From Tubulanus polymorphus (Eukaryota; Animalia; Nemertea): a stretch of DNA of 64,000 bases. Of this stretch, positions 55,269 through 64,000 are shown piece after piece (position 1 is the stretch's first letter; every line of letters begins with the position of its first letter). A program made the translations under genes and the position numbers. The notes under the pieces were generated by a model, which saw only the letters and a program-made list of their open reading frames with translations, did not search any database and was not told where the DNA came from. The stretch is taken from assembly GCF_964204645.1 (NCBI RefSeq), contig NC_134031.1, positions 806,001 through 870,000 on the forward strand. The letters run 5' to 3'.

Positions 55269-55989
55269 GTAAGATTCTTGTTCTTCATGTATAATATTTC
55301 GTATTTCATTGATTCCCACTTTATTTCTGTTCAAATCCTCTTGATATCAAAACTACTTTAAAGAACACGTGTTTGTCCCGTGTACGACAAACCGTTACAG
55401 TAACAGCTCCGTCCTGTGTATGCTTTAACTGAAGAGTTAATTGATTTTACTAACATATCTTTATTTTGATCTCAGCAGTTTTTTTAAACTGCATCATCAG
55501 CGAAACCAAAAAAATATGAACTGAATTTTTGATTCTCTGATGATGGAGTTTTAATAAACTTTGAAACTTGAGATGAGAATAAACTATAAGCCATCAACTG
55601 TTTGATTTTACTTATTATATCTTTATTTCTTTAAAGTCTGTTCTCTAAGTTCATCGTATTGTCATATAAACCTTTCATATAGATTTACTAACATCTTTAG
55701 AATACGTATGTTAACGTTAATGTCCAGTTACGCCGCTAGAGGGCGTTTTAATCACGAGGATATGGCCGTCGCCAGTAGAAATATTGTGTTTATTTTGAAT
55801 TCACAAAGTGTATTTTTAACGCATCTGAACGTGTATAACCATTCTATATGTGATCATTAACAGCATGGATTTGTTTCAGTGACCGACAACTAACAATCAA
55901 TAATCTGATATAAAATGTGTCTTTCATCGTGTTTCATATGAATGTATTTTTTGTATTTTTCCCCTGAATGATGCTGGTGTGTGTTTTAG

Positions 55990-56013
55990 ATACCGGGCTA
56001 TGAGCATGCAGAG
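55990..56013 (+). CDS. AGRN: Candidate 24-nt microexon IPGYEHAE inside FS6
   Basis: tgtgttttag|ATACCGGGCTATGAGCATGCAGAG|gttagg. Phase 0-0, no stop. TGC upstream of the AG and TGCATG about 105 nt downstream. Confidence 0.5.
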
Positions 56014-56977
56014 GTTAGGATTGTGCTCAATGTGTAAAGTGCACATCGAAAATCATTCGTTCAAAAGTCTTCATGTTTTTTTTCAATATTTTTGATATCG
56101 TTTCTTGTTGATGTCGGTTGCATGTTTGACCTATTTGCATCTGATTCTATAGTTGGCTGTGTTCAGTTGGCTGAATCAAGTTGGCTGAATAGAGTTGGCT
56201 GATTCCAGTTGACTGAATCCAGTTGCCTATATCTGGTTGGCTGATTTAAGGAAATACTGTAATGTTTAGTATTTTAGAAGAAACATTGTTTGAGAAAAAA
56301 AGGTCAAAATTATCAACATTTGTCTACCGAATAGAAAGATCGGTGTTTGGTCCCAGTTTTATAAAAAAGTTGTAGAGAATTCTAAGTCAAATGGTGTTTT
56401 TGATTCGCTCAACATTTCGAACTTTTGTGAACTTTTTTTTTGTGAAACTGGGGCCTCGTTTTTCTTACAAGATTCAGTCTCGTCCCCAATACATGTAATA
56501 CAATGACCATCTCAGCATGCAAACTATCCATTATCCATACTACTTACTCGAGCATATAACTATCCAGCATCCAAAATAACTCAGTACCTTCTCAGAAATT
56601 TACCATTTACCAAACGGTGCATCATACTGATCGAACGCTTACTAATGTAATGACTAAGGCACGGCTGTGTTTTGAGATACGCTCAGATGTAGAGATGTAG
56701 TTCGCATTTAATGAAACCATCAAAAACACTTCGCACAACAATTCGTGTTGTAAACGTGAGCGAATCGTGTTGAATATGAACATTATCTGAACGAAACGGT
56801 TGCCGTTAATTTCACACGTTACACTCTGTGTGACGGTGTAGCATTCGTCAGCGTTTTCTCAGACATCTATTTCAATATTATCAATATATCGCATTTTAAA
56901 CTATATTTTCTCTATCTCTCGCTCTCTTTGTGTCTATACAGTTACAAATCTATTTTACTTGCGCTCTCTACCTCAAA

Positions 56978-57733
56978 ACCCGCTACCCTGCTGACTGGAC
57001 CAGACCGTCCTGAACCCGCTACCCTGCTGACTGGACCAGACCGTCCCGAACCCGCTACCCTGCTGACTGGACCAGACCGTCCTGAACCCGCTACCCTGCT
57101 GACTGGAACAGACCGTCCTGAACCCGCTACCCTGCTGACTGGACCAGACAGTCCTGAAACCGCTACCCAGCTGACTGGACCAGACCGTCCTGAACCCGCT
57201 ACCCTGCTGACTGGACCAGACAGTCCTGAACCCGCTACCCTGCTGACTGGACCAGACCGTCCTGAACCCGCTACCCTGCTGACTGGAACAGACCGTCCTG
57301 AACCCGCTACCCTGCTGACTGGACCAGACAGTCCTGAACCCGCTACCCAGCTGACTGGACCAGACTGTCCTGAACCCGCTACCCTGCTGACTGGACCAGA
57401 CCGTCCCGAACCCGCTACCCTGCTGACTGGACCAGACCGTCCTGAACCCGCTACCCTGCTGACTGGACCAGACTGTCCTGAACCCGCTACCCTGCTGACT
57501 GGACCAGACCGTCCTGAACCCGCTACCCTGCTGACTGGACCAGACAGTCCTGAACCCGCTACCCTGCTGACTGGACCAGACAGTCCTGAACCCGCTACCC
57601 TGCTGACTGGACCAGACAGTCCTGAACCCGCTACCCTGCTGACTGGACCAGACTGTCCTGAACCCGCTACCCTGCTGACTGGACCAGACCGTCCTGAACC
57701 CGCTACCCTGCTGACTGGACCAGACCGTCCTGA
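56978..57733. repeat. 36-bp minisatellite (cccgctaccctgctgactggaccagaccgtcctgaa), about 21 copies
   Basis: 12-codon periodicity in the ORF track. Confidence 0.96.
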
Positions 57734-58454
57734 CTGAACGTACGACATCGACCACGACGGACTACGATGATACAAGAATCCCACTATGAAAGATTTAGAG
57801 TCTGAAATGTTTCTTTAAGCTGTACGTATCGAATATCCTCAATTCCTAAAGACATCTATATAGATTCAGTCCAAACACCGATTAATATTAACTCAAGGAG
57901 ACATTTCAAACTCTTTTTATCCTTAGTGTTGGATTTCATATCATCTTTACAACATGGATCAAGAATGTTTTATCAATGGTTGTGACGGATACGATTTTTG
58001 TGGAAATGTTCGTGAAAGTGAATCTCACTGAATGTATTTCACAGAATCACAGACTTTGTGTCGAAAATCACCGAAAAATTATTCGTTCTGAAATTGTTTA
58101 TCAAACTATTGAATATATTGATATTGTGAAGCAATCTCGCATTGTCCACATTTCTGTGGGTGTAAAATCTATCGCCCGTCTTCATCAGCTTCAATCGCTT
58201 CGCTGTCTCATTATAAACATCGTCAATGTATGGCTGTATACTGACTCTATACTCCGGGAGGGCTGCTTATATTCGAGAGAAGTTCTTTATTTCAGATTTT
58301 TATTTATCTATGGCCCCCCAGACTAGATGTATTGACAAAAAATTCAAAATAAAATTTAGCCTCAGAAATGTACATTGGTTCCTATCAGAAAATTGCCACT
58401 ACCGATACTTATTACGAACTGCCAATAGCCCTGATATGAATTTTCCATTAAGCC

Positions 58455-58523
58455 TGGCCTGGCGGATTCGAACCTGGGACCTCCAGTGTGCGAACCCTCT
58501 GTCCTAACAAATAGACCACACAG
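58455..58523 (-). mobile_element. tRNA-derived SINE-like head
   Basis: Minus strand gtggtcta...ttagg (A-box-like) and ggttcgaatcc (B-box). The anticodon arm does not pair. Confidence 0.45.
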
Positions 58524-59333
58524 TCGTAGTGACAGAAAGTGCTTGTCTGTGGTGACTGTTTAGCTGTCGTGACCAGTCAGGCGTGGTAATTCATTTACAA
58601 TACCCAGGGTTTGTTCACTACTCAGGGACAGTTCTAGGGTGTCTCCGGGACTGAAACTCTAGGAGTGGCTCCGGGCCTTTTATTCTGGTCGGCTCCGAGT
58701 CTGATACCCGTGTAATACACACGTGTATATGCAGATTAATGGTGGTTTTAAAGCCATTGTTTGAATACCGCAGTTAAAATCTAATTAATCACACTTCCAA
58801 TCATTCTCTATTGACAGAACCGAATTTAAAACGTCTCAATAGTGAAAATAGTATTTGAATTGTTCCCCAGGGGAAAATACGCCCTAATTGTATCCATGGT
58901 TACAATAGAAATTAGTTAATCTTATTCAACGTTGGGGGGAACGGTGTTGGCGGCGTCATTGTAACACCGTGTTTTAAACAGCGCGATCCAGAACCACGGT
59001 ATACAGCCAAACATGATCGGTTAGTTTTACATAAAGATTCCATTAAGATCAACATCATAAGTTGCAGTCATGACAACCTGTTAAAATTATCGATTTCTAT
59101 ACTTCCATGGCAACAAATATTATGTTATACATAATACGAACATGTACTAAAAAAGCACATAAACTCCATGGATATCATCTTACTAACATATTATTAACAT
59201 TTATTATCTTTAATTATCATTAAATTGAATATCAAATCAACCCTCTACAGATGAGTACCGAGTCTTGATGATAATCTGGTTGCTGATGATAATCACTGCT
59301 GTTTTGTAATTATGAATGCGGTTTTTATGTTAG

Positions 59334-59448
59334 GTTGACGCAAAGGTTTGCGGAACTGATGGCGTCACTTACGAAAACGAATGTCATTTGAGGATCGCTT
59401 CTTGTAGAAAACAACAGTTCATTATTCTAGCTCATCATGGTCCATGTG
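59334..59448 (+). CDS. AGRN: Agrin exon, FS6 C-half (VDAKVCGTDGVTYENECHLRIASCRKQQFIILAHHGPC)
   Basis: Translated by hand. Acceptor tttatgttag, donor TGTG|gttagt. Phase 0-1. Confidence 0.93.
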
Positions 59449-59755
59449 GTTAGTATGATCTCATAAACATTACCTCCCTTCACATTCCTCCATTCTCCCA
59501 CCTCCCTGTGACTACCTCCATAACTCCCACCTCCCTGTGACTACCTCCATACTACCGCCTCCACGTGCCTACCTCTATGTGACTACCTCCCTCGAAACCT
59601 GCGACCATGGTTGAAAGAGAATTCATTTGGGACGAACGATAAGATAATGAAGCATAATGATTCCATTCGTCTGGAGTCTCTTCTTATTTTGACAGTAACA
59701 TTTTTTAACTGCTACATTCTATTTTGTATGTATAACACGTATCGAATGTTTTCAG

Positions 59756-59980
59756 ACCAATGTGAGAATATCGTTTGTCGTTACTCGTCACGGTGTGAGA
59801 ATGGTAAATGTGTTTGTCCTCAGGAATGTCCTCCGATGTTGGACCCTGTTTGCGGCAGCGATGTCGTCACTTACGACAATGAATGCGAACTATTACGAGC
59901 CGCTTGTATCAACTCGCATAAAGAGTTATTACACAGAGGAGCCTGCGATGACGATTCGAACTCAGGAGCCGGTTCAGGAG
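59756..59980 (+). CDS. AGRN: Agrin exon, FS7 plus Ser-Gly motif (DQCENIVC...HRGACDDDSNSGAGSG)
   Basis: Acceptor gttttcag, donor GGAG|gtaagg. 225 nt, phase 1-1. Confidence 0.95.
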
Positions 59981-60931
59981 GTAAGGAGCCAATCGCCTGT
60001 TGCTTCTGTTGCTTTAAACGCTCACTATATCAGCTTCATTATGATAATTCATGCACACAAGCACACTGACATCTACTAGTCATTGTTGTAACTATTATTC
60101 TAGTTAACTCACGGATGAACATTGCAAATTCTAGTAAATAGTTATTTCCGATTTTTACTGATGTTCATCTTTTCTTTCTTTTCCTCGTTATTTTCATCAT
60201 TTTCATTTTCTTCTCCTCGTCGCACGTAATTCAACGACATTTTTCGTTTCTCGCTTTTCCTTTGACCTTGACCTTGACCTATTCCGTGTCTTGACCTTGA
60301 CCCTACGTACATATAGCAATCGTCGTATTAACAGTTGGCTATTGTATTTCAGCGGACTTGGTAGTTTTTTCGTCGGAACAGCGACGTTTTGGAACGCGTT
60401 TAATATTCTTACTTTAGATGTATAAAATTAGTAAAATCTGCTTCCTGTAATATTCGCTATTTATATTTATAGCTACTTTCAAATCACTCTCTTTTTTAAC
60501 TACTATGTATATATATATATATGATAGTATCTGTCTCCTGATTGGCTGCTTGTGTCGGGTGCTGCGCACTGTTGGATGTCGTAATCCTTACATAAACACC
60601 GCTCTCTCTCTCTATCTCTATCTCTGCTACAGGTAAATGTTTGCACCACAAGTTTTTTCCATCTGAATTCTCATTCGACGTTACCTCTTCCGATATAGGC
60701 CTAACAGACGAACTTCAGAAATAAGTTCTAGTATTCAAAACGTTCTAGAATTTGAAATAGATTTTTTCGAACGTCTTGTGTCCGTTAAACGAACGAAAAA
60801 ACGGAAACTGCTTAAAGCGATCTTTACCTATAAATAAACTTAGTCTATTGATTTTATTGAAAATTCACAAGTTTTATTGCCTATTTATAACAAATGAACT
60901 TTGAATAAATCTATTCAGTATTTATTTACAG

Positions 60932-61055
60932 AATCCGGTGATGGTGCATTCAACGACTATTGCGACGAGGACACGTGTCAATACGGCGGGACGTGTGACA
61001 TGGATGCAGAAATGTATCCGAAATGTATCTGTAGTTTTAACTGTAACGAAGACAG
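60932..61055 (+). CDS. AGRN: Agrin exon, FS8 N-half (ESGDGAFNDYCDEDTCQYGGTC...CICSFNCNED)
   Basis: Acceptor tatttacag, donor ACAG|gtccgt. Phase 1-2. Confidence 0.9.
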
Positions 61056-61562
61056 GTCCGTTCTGATTCAACTTCTTGACCATTCTTAACGTTCAACTTA
61101 ACATAGTTATGCAATTTAGGGAAGAGAAGCAACTACTAAAAACATCAGAGCCCAAGCAGGGGCGGACCCAGAGGCCAATTTTAAAGGACTTTTCGCATTC
61201 TAAAAGGACACTTTGATGCCCAAAAAGGCAATATAAGGCGTACTCTTGCACTGAAATGCTTTTGTTTGTTGACAAAATGAAAAATATTTGATGAATTCGT
61301 AAAGGTCCCCCTTGAACCGCCCCTGACTGTAGTTGCATAGTCGTGACAGTCGTTTTAAATCCTTTGACTGGTTATAATTAGTAGGATTGGTTTATAGTAT
61401 TAGAATAGTCTATGGTTGGTCTGAAGTCGTATAATGGCTGTACAACCACACATACAACAGAGGCCTGTTAATATTTCATTATAGTATCGTGTATGACCAT
61501 CTAATGAAACGAGTTGCAGGTCTCCGTTATCTGAATAAGTTTGAGAATTGTATTATTTTCAG

Positions 61563-61681
61563 TAAAGAGAATCAGATTTGTGGATCTGATGGCAGAGTTT
61601 ATATGAGTAAATGTCATCTACGAGAAGCGGCTTGTTACGCGCAAATGGAAATCACTCCACAGCCAATCAGAAAGTGTCAAA
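61563..61681 (+). CDS. AGRN: Agrin exon, FS8 C-half (KENQICGSDGRVYMSKCHLREAAC...RKCQ)
   Basis: Acceptor attttcag, donor CAAA|gtaagt. Phase 2-1. Confidence 0.92.
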
Positions 61682-61905
61682 GTAAGTTCATCCACCAATC
61701 AGAACGCCTCATTCAATGTGATCATCAGATGGTTCCAGTTCCACATTTTAATGGGGTTGTAATTTGACTGCGGGTTGAAAAAAGCCCTTGTTTAAACGAT
61801 TAAATGGGACCGAGTTCTGGTTGCTTGATAATACGATAGATCTTTCAACCTCCTGATAAACCTGAAAATCCTGAAATAATACTCGCATTGTTTACATGCT
61901 TTCAG

Positions 61906-62049
61906 TAATGGGTAAACCATGCGACGGTAATGCACCTTTGATCAATCCTAAAACTGGATACGAGTTTGACTGTAGTTTCGGTAGAGATATTTGCAGTGCT
62001 GGAACGTACTGTCATCGAGGACCGAATTATGCTAAATGCTGTCGTGAAA
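61906..62049 (+). CDS. AGRN: Agrin exon, lustrin/WR1-like Cys-rich module (PCDGNAPLINPKTGYEFDCSFGRDICSAGTYCHRGPNYAKCCRE)
   Basis: Acceptor gctttcag, donor GAAA|gtatgt. 144 nt, phase 1-1. C..G.P....C....C..G..C....CC spacing. Confidence 0.88.
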
Positions 62050-62289
62050 GTATGTCATCATGTATGTGTCTAAATCAACCGCTGGTTTGTTGTTTTTTGT
62101 TCAAAATTTTGTTTCATCAATTTCTTTAATCATTTTCGTCGTTTTATTTTTTCGAACGTTTTATTTCTCAAACAGGAAATCTCTTCATTGTATTACATAG
62201 AATCCTTACACTAAGAATCATGAGTCTGAAGTGTTCCATCGAGTGAATTAATGCGGGTTGTAATTCGAGGAAAAATAAAAATATTAATA

Positions 62290-62550
62290 TCAACGTTTTG
62301 ACCAAATCTTGATACTCATCTTCAGGAATACATGTACTGTTTGTTGAAATAAAATAATAAGATAATTAGATCCAAAAGACATTATGTGCTTCATAATCTT
62401 TTTGAAATTTTAATATTCCTGAAGAAGACTGTTAGGATAAAGTCGAAATGTTGAATTAGTCTAGTCTAGGTAATATTTCGGACTCTGTTTTATTCAAAGT
62501 GTGCGATTTGATATCATCTTTAGACCACGGACTCAAATCGTTTCATCAAT
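62290..62550. mobile_element. Degenerate copy of the hammerhead-bearing palindromic element
   Basis: Left arm caacgttttgac...catcttcaggaata. Right arm tattcctgaagaagact...agtcgaaatgttgaat (62414-62456). Tail accacggactc...tttcatcaat. Confidence 0.6.
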
Positions 62551-63030
62551 GTTTGCTCTTCATTCTGTGTCTTACGCCTTGTCTCCATCATTCATGTTAT
62601 TTCACGTAGACTTTTAAAATCAAAAAATATTCGCATTATTTAATTAAAACACGCGACTATTTCTGTCACTTGTTTCACGGTTCGTGTATCATTTATTTCT
62701 TCTGCATTTTTATGATTTTATTTTGATTGATATTGAATGAATTTTAATAATTTATTAATCCGAAATAATGTCACATTTTGCACATTCTCTTGCACTCGAC
62801 CTTGAGTTTGTTAATGTTTGTGAAACCCTCGCGCACAAGTCTTAACCATTTATTGATGATGCACAGAAATAAATGTCATTGTGTGGTTTTAAAAATTAGA
62901 CAAATCTCTTATGATATAATGATTATGTAAATCTAGTATACGAAAGCCTTTGGGTTTATTTGAATATCGATTCTACACGAAATTAGAATTAGAAATTTCA
63001 AAATGATAATCCGTTATTTCTAATTTTCAG

Positions 63031-63123
63031 ACGAACCGACGAAGACTTGTGAAGACAGTAAATACGGCTGTTGTCCGGATAAACTAACCCCAGCGCCCGG
63101 AATAAACGGCGCCGGTTGCCCGA
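63031..63123 (+). CDS. AGRN: Agrin exon, YGCC module (EPTKTCEDSKYGCCPDKLTPAPGINGAGCP)
   Basis: Translated by hand. Acceptor aattttcag, donor CCGA|gtaagt. Matches the C....YGCC.D....A.G....GCP motif that precedes the laminin-EGF repeats in agrin. Confidence 0.93.
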
Positions 63124-63816
63124 GTAAGTCTCACTTAATCCTGAAACAGCTCTCTCAGACCCTAAAAAATTAAATCTCGAGAGTTTAAGAACTAACGTTT
63201 CCGAGTAGGTATCTGGAAATGAATGAACTCGTCCGCTTACCTTTGAGGTCAAGGTCAAACTTATCCACATACATTTTCATTTTTCACCTATTTCAGGAAT
63301 GAATCGAATTGTTTTTTTTTCGCTTCGTGCAAATAGTTCTAGTTTTTTTGTTAAGATAAACAGGAGTGCTTTTTATTTTTAATGGATTTTATCCTATAAT
63401 ACATGCTGCATGTCAGTAATAGTTGCTGATTAGTTTATTTCATTTTCGTTTTATCAAATTATTGCTGCATCTTGCTCGATTATAACAAATATATTTCACC
63501 AACAATCACCAGAACTCAGTTCCCCATTTCTGGGTTGAATTTGACTCTGGAGTCGAATCCGAAAAACACAAGGCGAACATTTTAGATCCAGTTTTTGTTA
63601 TACAAAAAAATATTGTTGACATATTTTGGCGGTAATCCATGTTCCTTCATCAGAATAAATGATTGCCGTTTTGTTTACTATTGACACTCGTGACTTTTTC
63701 ATTGAATAAGTTAATTTTCAATAAGTTTGAGTCAAATTTAACCAGAAAATTGGGAACTGGGTCCCGGCTATATATAAGTATATCGATTTTTAATTATTTC
63801 TCTATGAACTATACAG

Positions 63817-63978
63817 ACGTGTGCCATTGTAATAAACTTGGATCGTTAAGAAACGTGTGCGTCCCGAGCACGAGACAATGTCACTGTAAACCAGGTGTCG
63901 GCGGTAAACAGTGTAACCGATGTAAAGTGCAATATTGGGGCATGCATAAAATAGCCGAGGGCAACAGTGGATGTATCC
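63817..63978 (+). CDS. AGRN: Agrin exon, laminin-type EGF domain 1 (VCHCNKLGS...CHCKPGVGGKQCNRC...SGCI); gene continues beyond the window
   Basis: Laminin-EGF 8-Cys pattern. Acceptor atacag, donor ATCC|gtaagt. 162 nt, phase 1-1. Confidence 0.95.
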
Positions 63979-64000
63979 GTAAGTATCAGTGACCTCTTCT

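Noticed and set aside
55257-56013. Homology of the 4-aa and 8-aa inserts to vertebrate agrin y and z exons
   Set aside because: The sizes coincide, but y and z lie in the C-terminal LG region far downstream of this window.
56928-57784. Pro/Thr-rich mucin-like ORF (PATLLTGPDRPE)n as an agrin exon
   Set aside because: An acceptor-like site exists at 56941, but joining it to the phase-0 upstream exon reaches a stop after 23 codons. The long frame needs a phase-2 donor that is not available. Treated as a minisatellite, though a short alternative terminal exon is not strictly excluded.
60353-60417. Possible exon after tttcag at 60352
   Set aside because: No phase-compatible donor before an in-frame stop.

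Overview
Eukaryotic, AT-rich invertebrate (probably lophotrochozoan-type) genomic DNA. The whole window lies inside one large + strand gene, an agrin orthologue, and neither end of the long isoform is visible. I reconstructed 15 phase-compatible coding exons by hand. In order they encode a Pro-rich linker, follistatin/Kazal domains FS1-FS7, a Ser-Gly glycosaminoglycan site, FS8, a lustrin-type Cys-rich module, the YGCC module and laminin-EGF 1. Four points stand out. (1) The FS2 exon appears to be a hybrid: it has an internal acceptor and also a 5' extension with its own ATG and signal peptide, implying a second, shorter isoform. (2) Three frame-preserving candidate microexons (15, 12 and 24 nt) are present, two of them at the reactive-loop position of Kazal domain FS6. 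(3) The FS3 exon has a +1 frameshift, probably a consensus error. (4) The introns carry a family of non-autonomous palindromic elements with minimal hammerhead-ribozyme motifs of the Penelope-like type, including a perfect 106-bp inverted repeat and a 4x tandem array. The introns also hold tRNA-Phe x2, tRNA-Trp, a tRNA-Phe pseudogene, Harbinger-like and Tc1/pogo-like MITEs whose termini have seeded satellites, an L2/CR1 LINE fragment and many simple repeats. All long ORFs in the supplied track are repeat artefacts.
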